From NCBI GenBank assembly GCA_013239625.1, contig MU056277.1, positions 2,086,076 to 2,150,075 of the forward strand: 64,000 bases of DNA, given 5' to 3'. Below the pieces are notes generated by a model. It had not been told where the DNA came from, ran no database searches, and was given only the letters and a program-made list of their open reading frames with translations. Shown piece by piece: positions 34,701-46,700 of this stretch. Each line of letters opens with the position of its first letter. The stretch's first letter is position 1. The position numbers and the translations under genes were made by a program. The DNA comes from Lama guanicoe. Lineage: Eukaryota.

Positions 34701-37700
34701 CAGAGGAAGCCCAGGGCGCCACCTGCCTGACAGGCAGGGCTGCCTCTGCGCCCTCGCTCCAGCGCGCTCACCTGCCCTTCAGGCGGGACGAGCACCTCTG
34801 TTTCTTCTGTTTTTAAGGGGTTCTTGCCTCAGTAGGTCGGGCCTCTCCGGATCCTCGCGTCCAAGGTCGCAGGCACGGTCCACGCACAAGCCCCAAGGGC
34901 AAGAAGCACGTTTCCCTCTGAAGCGGAGGAATGGCGGAATGGCGGCGCTTCGCTTCCGCATGGTGGGGCAGCGGTGCTGGGACGGGGCCCCGGGGTGGTT
35001 TGACCACGCGCAGCCCAGCCCCGCGGGCTCCGTCTCCAGGCGCCGTGTGTGTGGCGCTGGTCGGTGTGACTCTGCTCACGTGTCTCCCTCCCGGTGGAGG
35101 GTGCGGCAGGGCCCTTTCATCCGGAGTGAATCTCCCGCGTGGGAGCCCAGCCCCGTGCTTCGCGGGCGCTGCGAGGAGGACCGTCGAGGGGAGGGGCCCC
35201 GGCCCGATGTGCCTGCGGGACTGCGAGCCCTGGGCCCAGCGGCTGTTGGCAGCTGTGGGCTGGTTCCTCGGAGGGCCTGAGGCAGAAGTGCACTCACCCA
35301 CCGCTTACCCCGCAGTTGTTTCCAGACCACTCAGGGCACACGAGAAAGTATGGGTGTCGGGGGTACAGCAGGGGCCTGGGTGCCGCCCCCGGAGGACTCC
35401 CATGTGTGGGGGCAGGCCCCCCTCCTGCGGGAACCTGGGGCGCCCTGTGCTCGCTGTGTTCGGGAGGGAGGGGCTGCCACCTGGTGGACGCGGTCGGCAG
35501 CGCAGGCCCCTCCGGCCTTCCTCCTCGATGGCAGGAGGGGGAGGTGGGCGGGTGCTTCTCGAGAAGGGGCAACTCCCCACACCGGCTGGTCACCCCGCAC
35601 AGTGAATGCACCAGCACAGCCTCGAAGTGGAGGATGAGATCTAGGACCGCGTGCGCTTTAAACGGAGACACAAGTTAAGTGGACGGACCTCTCGTGGAGG
35701 CCGCTTCCAGGACACTGACCTTAGAGCCGCTGACGAAGCTTCGTTGGTCCTTTAGAAACAACCCCTGGCTTTGCTTCAGTCATTGTGTGCGGGCGATGGG
35801 TCACTGGGTTAAGCCATTACATCTGGTTGACAGTCACCGGCCCTCGTGAAACGTCAGGCTGACGGCTGACGGGCAGGCCTCGTCCTGACGCAGCAGACGG
35901 TTGTGAGTGTGCAGTGGTCGTGGGTCTTTTGGAAGACGCCCCGTGGGGGAAGCTGGACGGACCAGTTCATCAGCCAGGGTGTCGGCCGGCAGCGCCCCCG
36001 CAGTGGCCACACAGGGCGGGGGGGCGCCTCTGAGCCCATCTTGGCTGGGGGCTGGTTCCACTGCCCGGGCGCCCACAGCTCTTGCAGCTCCTGATGGGTC
36101 GCGACCGTCTGCAGGCCGGTGGGGACAACTCCAGGGACTTGTGGCCAGCCTGCCTCCCTGCAGAGCTCATGCGACAGGAGGGGAGTGCGGGGGCGGGTGA
36201 GATGTGGCCGGATCTGGACACCCCTGGGACCTGGCGGCGACGAAACAGAGAGAACCCTGCTGCGCGTGAACAGGAGGATCGGCAGCAGACGCCGAGGGTT
36301 CCAGAAGGTGCTCCGCGTGCGTCTCACTCCCCAGGTGGTGCTGTGTCTCCGTGCCCTTGGGGAGGGGCAGGTCACTCCGCGATTACAGAGGAGTGGCCAG
36401 CAGTGTGCACGTGTGTGTCTTTTTGGGTGTGCATTTAAGGGAGCCGTGTGGGTGGTGGGGGTTTTCAGTATAATTTTTCTAGTTGCGGAGAAACACATGT
36501 AACACGCAGCAACCTGCCGTCCTGACTGTTTCTAAGTGTGCAGTTCAGTGGTGTTGCCCGAGCGCACGCTGGTGTGCGGCAGACCCCCGGAATCTGTCGT
36601 CTTGTGGAGCTGAAACTCTGTCCGAGTTACACACTCCCTCCCTGCTCGCCGTCCGGCCCCTGCGCCCACCGCCTACTTTCCGTCTCTGAATCTGACGACT
36701 CCGGGACCTCACACAAGTGGGGTCACACAGAAGTCGTCGTTTCGTGTCTGGCTTGGTCCTCAAGCGTGACGTCCTCAAGGTCCATCCGTGTTGTAGCGTG
36801 TTGACATGGGGTAGACTCCATCGCGTGCGTGGACCACGCTGTGCTCGTCCGTCATGTTGGAGGAAGCTGTGCTCCTGAGCTGGGTGGAAATCGGTCTTTG
36901 AAAACCAGGTGCGCTTTCCTTCCCGCCGTGAGACAGACCTCGGCACTGTCTGCGGACAGACCTCCCCCCGGCGTGCGTCCGCTCAGACGAGTCCTGGGTA
37001 CGTCCGTGTTGGTGCTGATGCGGGAAGAAACAACAACATAAAGAGTGAAAGGCGCATGTTCTCGGGCTCTGGAGACAGTGCCGTGCTTCTGTGGGGAGTG
37101 GGCTGTTCCCCGGGGCTCCCTGGCCGGTGCCCGCGGTCCTCCGTGCGCGCCTGGCCCTCGCCACCCTGACGGGGCCGACGGGGCCGTGAGAACAGACACG
37201 TACTGTCGCCCCGGGCGGGAGAGTTTTGTAGAAAGAGTTGGACGGTGGGGGAGGGGACCGCTCAGCGGTGGAGCGCACGCTCAGCACACGCGAGGCCCTG
37301 GGCTCGCTCCTCAGCCCCTCCTCTAAAAAAGCAGATAAACAAATGACCCTGGTTACCACCCCCCAATACAAAGGTGGATGTTTTTCTAGTCGCTATGCTT
37401 TCTGCCCGGTGGGCGCTCAACCAGCGGGCCGGTTTCTGGGCTGCAGGCTGTGGGTCACGGACCTCGGGACGGTGGCCCCCGGGGGTTCTGGGCAGCAGCA
37501 GGCCAGCAGGGGCCACCAGGTCTGGTGTGACCGAGGGCTCCCCCGGGCGGGCAGGGCAGGGGCGACTCGGTGGTCGGGTGCTTCCCTGACCCCAGGCCAG
37601 GCCCTTCGCGGGGTCTCTCTCTGCTCTAAGCTCTTGCAGGCACTGGGGTCGTGATTCCCCATTTTAACAAAGGCAGGGAGGAGCGCAGGGCTCCTCTCTT

Positions 37701-40700
37701 ACTGGGGTGCACCGTGCCCTCTTCCTGAGAAGTGCCCCGCCGCGGCCGCAGGAGGCGTCAGAGCTCACGGGGCTGATGGAAACCACGGGGTCACACCGCG
37801 GGGGGCTCGCCACTGCCCCTCCTTCCGGCCCCCACTTCCCTCCTGACCCCACCCAGGCGGAGGTCCAGCATCCACCCCAGGGGTCCGGACCTCCTTCCAG
37901 GATCTTCCTCTGGGGCAGAAGCTCGGACGTGCTGACGTGGGGTCTGATCATGGAAAGTCCCCAGGGCTTGTCCGTGGGACCTGCCTTAGATCTGGGAGCC
38001 GCTGGAAATGCACCCCCTGAAATGCACCCCCTGCACCCGGGTCTGCGTTTAACAAACCTCGGAAGTCCCGGGTGCGCCGCTGTTGGGGACGCACTCGGGT
38101 GGGTTGGCCCCACCGCCCTCTCCACCCTGGCTCTCCCACCGCCCTCCCCTCTGTCGTCCCGGCATCTCTGTGTCTCCGCCCGTCTCTGCTCCAAGTTGTG
38201 TCAGGTCCGAGAACAGTTGCATCTGGGCCAAGAGCTGGACAGTGTGATGCCCGGGACGGCTGGCCTCGCAGCGGGGAACTGCCCAGCCCTTGTCTCCTGA
38301 CTCCTCACGCTGCTCCTGCCCGGATGGGGGGCGGGGGATGATGGGGGTCGGACCCCAGGCCACCGAGGGCCACCCCGGAGAAGTTCGCAGGCCCCGGTGT
38401 TAGAGGGGCACAGCGGACCCAAGGACACAAGAACCGGAAGTTGTGCGAGCTCCACGCCATTTGTGAGTTGGAGCCAAAAGTGAGCTCATCACCCTCCCAG
38501 CTGCTGGGCAGCTGTCCAGGGCGGCCCCGCTGAGCCAGCTGCCAGGAGGCTGGAGGCCGGCATCTGTGTCCGCAGGGCCACGTGTGTCTGGGGTCCTGGG
38601 AGCACCTCCCTGTGCGGCTGCGGCTTCCAGGCCACTCCCTCCAGCTTCCTCTGCGGCCACCGCCGTCAGCACCGTCGGCCCGAGGCCTGGCGCTCGAGGG
38701 CCCTGGGGGCTGACCTCTGGTGCCTCTGAGCGGGGGCCGCCCGCCCTCTCCCCGGGCACGTGAGGTCACAGATGCGGGGCGGGTGTGGTGGAGGGTGAGT
38801 GGCCGGACCCCGGGACTGCAGGGCCCTGGCTCCTGGGGGCCTTGCTCTGGGCGCAGGGGGCGTGAAGGGCCCCTACATCCCCACGTGAGGTGCGTTCTGT
38901 GACGTCTCTGTGCCTCTGAGTCAGTGTTCCCCAAGTGTGGTGGGAATGAGAGGGCCCCAGCCGGGTCCAGGCATGTGGCCTCTTTGCTGTGTGTTCCTGG
39001 GGCCAGGTCCCCTGAGAGGAAAGGCCTGCCTGGCCTGACGCAGGAGGCAGCCCAGGGGTCGGGAGGAGGAAGGGGCTACTTTATCCTGCAGAGTGAGCCT
39101 GGGGGTCTGGACTCAGAGCCAGACCGTGGGGCTCACTTGTCAGTGCTCAGCAGCTATGTGACTCTGGGCAAATGACTTAACCTCTCTGTGCCCCAGCCCC
39201 TCCACTCCGGGCTGATGAGAGAGCAGTGCCTATCTCTTGGGTCGTTGCGAGAAGACTGGCCCCGAGCTTCAGTGCGACGCCTGCCCGTAGGACCCCTCCC
39301 AGCAGGAGAGAAGGGGGCCGGGCTGGGCTTCCCCCCTTCCCTGGCGCTGTGCGGGTGCCGGGCACCTGCCGGGCAGCAACACGACCGCAGAGCTGGGCCG
39401 TGTGTTCCCACAACGGGCCCGTGAGCTGCCTGCCCTGGCGTCCGTCCTCGCTGCGCAGCCTGCCTTCTGGGACGTGTTTTTGCGGGTCCAGTGGATTTCT
39501 TATATTTCGCTCGTGATTTTGATTCTAAAAGATTCTGCTGTCGGTGACTTTGCCTCCTCACGAGCTTGCGCTGGTCCTCCCACTGGTTGAAACATGAGCC
39601 TTTTGTGTTACGGAACTTTTACCGCGTGGTGTTCAAAAGTGCAGAGCGAGATAAAGAGCCAAGGACACCAGTTACGGGGGGCAGGGAGGTGGCAGAGGCC
39701 ATGAGGTGACTCAGGTGACGGGGCTGGGGGCCCTGGGCCATCCCACCATGTGCAGCCCGGCTGCCCGCCCTGCTTGTGCCCGAGTTCTGCGCACAGGACA
39801 CGCGCTGAGGGCAGCAGGGGCTGCCCAGCTCCATGGCAAAAACTGGGTACATTTGGGCAACAGAGGAACCTATTTTGGGGTCAGAACAGGTGTGCCATCC
39901 CAAGGCCTCCTGTGGAGTAGCAGGGACAACAGAGTCGGGGGTCCCGGACCAGGTGACTCTGAGCAGGGGGGGTCCTGCACTGCCCAACGTGCAGAAGGGC
40001 TCAGCACACACCCAGGGGCGACTTGCTGTGTCGCCATCATTTCTCAGAGAGTCAGGATTTGGGACATCCTGGCTCAGGCCTTGTCGCACAGCGTTGACCT
40101 CAGGCTGAGCACGTCCACGGGGTCACTTGTACGTGATCCGGGTATTTCTGGTCCTTATTTGAACCCTGAGGTGGCTCCCAGGCGTGAGAAGGAATAGTTC
40201 AAGTCAGCGCCCCAGGCCTGCGCCCCCCTTCGTGTCCACGTGGATGGGCGGGCGCGCGCTGGCACCCGCAGCCGGCTGGAGGCGGCGTCACCCTGCGGAA
40301 GTGGCTCCTGGTTTCCACACTGTGACTCAGGCGCCTGCGTTAGGCTGTCACTCCCAGCGCTCAGATGCTGCTGTGCCAGTAGCCACATCTCATCTCTCGT
40401 CCCCAGCAGCTGCCTGTGCACCTCCGGGCGCCTCGGGGATTTTCTCCCCACGTTGTGGCAGTGCCGTCAGCGATTTGTAACATGGACGAACTCGGGACCT
40501 CAGACGCTGGGACTAGCGTGATGCGTGGGTCATAGAACTTACTGTGAAGGGGTCAGCCTGCTGGCCCACATGGAAGGGAAAATGACCCGGCTCTGACCGG
40601 GACAAACTGGACTCCGGAAAGATGGGCCCTGCCCGGCTCTCTGCGGCGTGAGCTGGCTCGTGTCAGGCTGGGAGACACACAGATGGGATCTGTCTGTCTC

Positions 40701-43700
40701 GGTCGGAGCGAGCTCTGGAAAGTGCCTGGCGGGGCCCTGGAAGGGCTGTGGTCTGCTCAGATGCCCACTCGGCACGTGTCTTCTCTCGCAGTGTGGAGTG
40801 GCAGGAGGGTGACAGGAGGAGCCGGTTTATTCTGAGGTTGCCGGGAAAGTCTGTCTGCCAGCTGCGCCCACTAACCGCAGCTCCCCCTCGTTTCAGCCTG
40901 CAGGATGCCGGCATTGGGTTCATCCTGGTCATAGACCGGAGGCAGGACAAATGGACCTCAGTGAAGGCGTCGGTCCTGAGAATCGCGGTAAGTGTTGGAG
41001 CCCGGGCCTGCGACCGCCCCACCTTCTCTCCTCCCAGGCGGGTAGCACAGCCTCTCCCTTCTAGACACCCTTCTGCCTGGTGGCACTGTGGGCTCTGGCC
41101 CTTGCTGTCCGGTGGGACACAGAGCCATGGTGGGTGGTCAGCTCGGGACACCAGCCCAGTGCAGGAGCAGGGGCGCCTGGGAGCCCACACCTCCCTGAGC
41201 TCCTCGAGTTGCTGGGACACGTGTATGTGTGCGCACACACATGCGCATGTGGGTATGTGCACGTGTGTGTATACAGCGTGCCCTGTGGGTGGGTGCGCTG
41301 TGTGTATCCATGCACGTCCGTGTGTGTGCACACATGCCTGTATGTTCTCTCGCGGGGCAGCCCTCAGGGGCCCTGTTATTATGATTTGAAGACAGTCTCA
41401 CCAGCTGCCGTGTTTCTGGCGTGGAGGTCACGAGACACTCAGGACTCACCGGGCACTCATTCCTCTGCGGGACCTTGAGAGCGTTACAGGGACTTTTCGG
41501 GCTAGAGGTTTGGAATTACACTGACGTTTTCTAAGCGACGTTCTCCTCAGATGGGCTGTTTAGTCTTTGGTTCTCTGGCCGCCACCTCGGTGGCCCTCGT
41601 TACCACGGAAGCCCCCCTCGCGTGGTGGAGGTGGTTTGCAGGCTGTGTGCCAGGGCTGGGCGGGGCTGTGTCCAGCGGTGATAACTGAGCGGGGGTGACG
41701 TCAGCAGAAAGCCCTGGGCTTATTTTCATCGGCAGCGTCCACTCCCGGCTCCCAAGCTGCCCGTGGAGCGCTCGTCACCAGCCTGCGTTTCGCCCACGCA
41801 GCCTCCTCACGGCCAGAGGACCAGAAAGTCCGCCTGTCCGGGCGAGGGTGCCCAGGGTCCTTGCTGGTGACTCCGTCGCTCCCATCCCCATGGACTGGAC
41901 TCCCCCAGCCTCTGTTCGTTCTTGCCCCCTGGGCTCCGAGAAGCTCCTGCCCCTTGTCCAGGGCTGCAGGTGGGGCGGGTGAGCGGACTCCCTCCTGGCA
42001 GCCTCATTGTTCCATCTAACAACTCAGTGTCTGCTCCGATCTTACAGGTACAAACCCACCGGGGGCTGCTGGCCCCACCTTTGTCCTTCTGGCAAAGCGT
42101 CTCCCTCACGGCCCGGGGCGGCTCCGGTTCCCTGTGCCCACCGGGCACACACTCCCTATGTCACCGTCAATCTGAGACAAATCAAAACACTTCGGAATGT
42201 TTCAAAAGAAGTATATTATACAGGATATGTGTTACATTGTCAGCTTTTCTTTGTTTTTAAATCCTTAGAAACACACAGAGTGCTTTGACATGCCATCACC
42301 AGTTAATAGCCAGTGTGTTTCTTTCTTTTTTTTTTAATTTTAAAACAAATTTTCACATGATGTCCCATGAAAGGCTGAATTAAGAATTAAATTGTAAGAA
42401 CCACTGGGTCAGTTGCATGATGCACTGACAACAAACATTTCTTGAATCAGTACGTTAGTCCTGGACTGGATGCCGAGAAATTTCCAGTCAAGTCTGTTGT
42501 TGCTTTAGAAGGTAACACTGTTAAAATAACCACATTTTTCAAATCCAGTGATCTGCCCAGTTCTTTCACGTTTATCCGTCACTGACTCAGGCATGTCCCG
42601 CTGTGCACGGGTGTACGAGCCCCTTTGCCCTGACGGTCGCAGATGTTCCTCGTGGGGCCCAGGCCTCTCGTCCTCACCGGCAGGTGCTTCTGTGCTGGTC
42701 TGCACACGTGCTGCCCCACAGCCCTGCACCCCAGTCCCCGCTCAGCCCCCCTTCCTGGAAGTGTGTCGTCGTTGTTTGCGCACGGGGGTCCCCGGCAGCC
42801 AGGGCCAGCCCCGTCCGTCTTCTCGTGGCTGGCACCCAGCCCAGGCCCCATGTGAGACGGGCACCATCAGTGTCCCTCAAGCTAATCAGTCATTCCTGGT
42901 CAGGTAACAAGACCGCCTCCGAAGGCAGGAGTGCTTTTCAAGGAACAGATACACTGCCTAAAACCGGAATAGTCCTCGAGGCCACTCGTAGGACGGCAGG
43001 GCGGCCCAGGGCAGACCCGGGCCGGGCCGCGACCACCCGTGGCCTTGCGTCAGCATGGTTTTATTCTTCAGGTTTATCGCCAGATGAATTTCTGAAGCGA
43101 GCTGGCTCATCTTTAAAACTCTGTTTTGTGAAAATCATAACTGAAAAGTTAGAGTTTTCATTGATTCTTACACAATAAAAATACAGATTTTTTTTCCTAT
43201 CATTTTTTCTGTAAGTCTTAGGGTTCCCCACTACTGCTTTGGAAATCCTAGCGGTTAGCAGTTTTCCAGCAGAATTGGCAAAAATTCTCCTTGAAAACCC
43301 CAGGGCGTTTTGTTACAAGAATTTACTGATTATATTACTGCCAGAAATTCTACTCACATATTCAGCACATTTGTTGAGGCCCTACTGTGTGCCCTGGAGG
43401 GGGTGCAAGGGGATAAGCAGGAGCTACTAAGACAAGTGGGGTGCAGACGGCTGGCATTTGATGAGGGTGTGACCAGATGCCGGGCGAACTCTCAGGGGCG
43501 CCTGAGACAGGGTGGTAGGGATGCTGGGAGCCCGGCCCTGCTGCCTCCTGCGTGTGCGTGTGCCCCTCTGAGCCAGCATGTGGGATCTGATCTCCACCCC
43601 GGCTCTGCGGTGGTGGGGACAGAGCTGCCACCTCGTCCGCAGGCAGGGGAGCTGGGGGACAGAGCTGCCACCTCGTCCGTGGGCAGGGGAGCTGGGGGAC

Positions 43701-46700
43701 AGAGCTGCCACCTCGTCCGTGGGCAGGGGAGCTGGGGGACAGAGCTGCCACCTCGTCCCCTAGCAGGGGAGCTGGGGGACAGAGCTGCCACCTCGTCCGT
43801 GGGCAGGGGAGCTGGGGGACAGAGCTGCCACCTCGTCCCCGGGCAGGGGAGCTGGGGGACAGAGCTGCCACCTCGTCCGTGGGCAGGGGAGCTGGGGGAC
43901 AGAGCTGCCACCTCGTCCCCTAGCAGGGGAGCTGGGGGACAGAGCTGCCACCTCGTCCGTGGGCAGGGGAGCTGGGGGACGGAGCTGGCACACAGATGCC
44001 ATCCTGGGCTGTGGGCCTAGACCTGGCCTGTGCTTTCCCCCAAGGCTCTCTGAGGAAACGACCGCATGGTGCCAGCTGGGCTGGAGCTCTGGAGGGGACA
44101 CCTGCGCACACTGGCCCTCTGGCCTGGACGATTCCACCAGGGCTGCAGGTGCCACAGAAGCAGGCCGGTGGCCGAGAGGCTCTGTTTATCCAGTGTGTTT
44201 GGCCGCCTGTGTGAGCCTCGGCCCTTACACATTGCGCTGTAATTCGGGGCTATTTTAAGCCACCGTGTATGCCACCTCGTGAGCTGAGCTTCCTTTTTCT
44301 TCTTTGGACGCCTTCAGCTTGGCTTGGAACAGAAACTAAGACATTGGAGGGACTGCGTGCAGTGCCCCTGAAGTCAGCCTTTGCTGCGTCCCCCTCGGGC
44401 AGAGGCTGCGTCAGCTCTGACAGGGCGTCGGGGTGAAGTGCATGTTTTCCTGTCACAGTTCATGGCTACGGCCAGCGGACAGGACCCAAAACTGGAGTTC
44501 AAACCTTGCTCTTTGTCCCACGGTTGGTTCAGGGTTTGGACTGTCCCTGGATGGATATGCCTTTGGTTAAATACCACACGTGCTCTTCCAGGACTCCATT
44601 TAAAATTTAACCTCCTTCTTGTAAACCACACGTGTGCATGCAAGCGTGTGTGCGTGCGTTCAGGGACATTGTAACAGAGTGCTCATCTGTGTTTGGAGCC
44701 AGCCTGGCTCAGCTGAATCTGTCCCCTGGAGCACACTGCTGAAGGAGGTCACAGTTAAAGCCATTCATCGGCTGTGTGGGGCAGGACCATGGGGTTTGCC
44801 TGTAAGGTCGAAGCCCTCTGTGCGCAGAAAAGGTGCAAAATGAAGTATCTGTGGCACCCAGGATTCTAGGTCATCTAGCAAATACCCTAAATGTGGCAGA
44901 GCAGTGCTGGTTCTGACTGTGTGCTGCTTGCTGGCGGGCTAAGCACAGGGAAGTGAAGACGGACGCAGTGCGAGCACCAGGAGGGCTTCCCGGCCAAGGT
45001 GACGCAATGAGAGTCAGAGTCAGAGGGGATGAAGGAGCTGTCCGGCAGGAGGGGTGCTGACCCGCCCCTCAGTGCACACGGGGAAAGTTCAGGGGGAAGT
45101 GGAAGGCCAGTGGGCACGGCTCCTCCGAGGGCCTGGGGTGCAGGGCGTGGAGCACGGGCCCCCAAGGCGGGGCAGGTCATAGCACCGCCCTTGCCGAGGG
45201 AAGTGCACAGCCTGGCTACTTGGAGACCAGCTCCCACTGCGGGAGGGCTGAGCCTCAGCGCCCTGGGAGGCCAGGTTTAGGGCAGCTCCCGGCCTGGCTG
45301 TTTGCGCGGTGGCTTTGCATACACTCACCTGTGCTGCAGGTGGAGCCCCAGCTTCAAGGGTCGAGGCCGCCTACACCAGGGTGGATGCCTGGGGCTCCGT
45401 CTCCAGGCTGGTGGGTGGTGCAGGTCCACACAGAGTGCCCCAGGAGGGCAGGCGGCATGGGCTTCCCAGCGTGGAGAGCACTCTGTTTAATGGCCCTTCA
45501 GCCAGAGAGCATGCCCTCGCTGCTGCGTTCCTTCAGTGTCTTTTCCGCAACGGTGCTTATGGAAGTCTCCACCTGTTCGCCCAGGGTGGTCTCGGCACCC
45601 CTGCTCTGCGCGCCCACCCACACCTGCGCGGGGGCCCCGGGTGGGAGACCTCTCTGGTTCAGACTCCAGGGTTGTCATCTGTCGGCACTGAGACACGGGG
45701 TTTCAACTTCATATTCATTACACAAACCTGTGTTTGTTCTCTGGTTACTATCAAACACTGTGGGTCAGGCTTTGGCTGCTCCGTTTGAAGTAAAACATAC
45801 AGCCAGGCTGGTTAAAGGTGGCTTTGAGCAGAACTTAAGGAAGTTAGTGCCCTTGGGGATGGTTTTCAAACTGTGTTCCCCAGATCACCAGGGTTCCCCA
45901 GAGCACTCGCTCCCTTGGCTGTTTTGTAGAAGCGTGTGGTGACTTTCCATTTTGTAAGTCTCAAATATTCATTCAGAAACCAGCTTGTGCCTCTTTTTCT
46001 GTCTCCAGATGACGTTTCAGTGGTCATCACGGTCAGTTCCTCAGCCAGCCAAGGTCAGCCCAGAAAATAAGCAGTGTTGCTTTGAAATTGCGTAGAAAAC
46101 AGTTACAATCATCGTCTGATTGCTTGATCATTAAGTTGCAAAGCAACGCCATTGTATAGCCTTCATCCCACATCTTCCATCCAGCTACCTCTGTTTGTAA
46201 AATTAAGTTTTATTTTGGAGCTTCTTCCAGGTTTTAGTGTTGATGGCTGACTCCAGCCAGGAGCGAATTTGACCTGCGGCGTCACGTGGGTCACGGAAGC
46301 CATCTCTCAGCTGGGATCTTACAGTTACTCTGTAACGTAAAGACCCAAACAGAGGGGGCGGGAGAGAGCATCTTCTCCAGGGCGAGGTCCCCCAGGGACG
46401 GGTGGGCGAGCCCCCCACCACGTGTTTTCCTGCCGCCTGCTTTGAGTCGATCTCAGTGAAGTCGCAGGAGAGGACAAGTGTCACCTTCTCAGTTCAGACC
46501 AGTCCTTACTGCCGTGAGGTGTGAATCAGGGCGACAACACTGCACTGAGAGTTAGGCAAGTGTGGCTCGGTGTCGCCTGCAGGAGACCCTGAAGGAGGTT
46601 TTCCTGAAATAGCGGCGGCCAGTCTCAGGCCTGGTGGTGGTGGACTGCACGGCCTTCTTGCTCACAGGAACCTGGAGCCCACCCTCTCGGGCACCTGCCT

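Noticed and set aside
40570-40835. ATG-containing stretch upstream of exon 40897 as an internal first exon
   Set aside because: The ATG-initiated frames I traced close with stops, and I found no convincing phase-2 donor.
43615-43991. CRISPR-like appearance (constant repeat plus variable segment) and repetitive ORFs
   Set aside because: The variable part is only 4 nt and recurs, there are no unique spacers or cas genes, and the context is a mammalian intron. It is a VNTR.
45954-46008. GTAAGT...CAG as a mini-intron
   Set aside because: At 55 nt it is shorter than typical mammalian introns.
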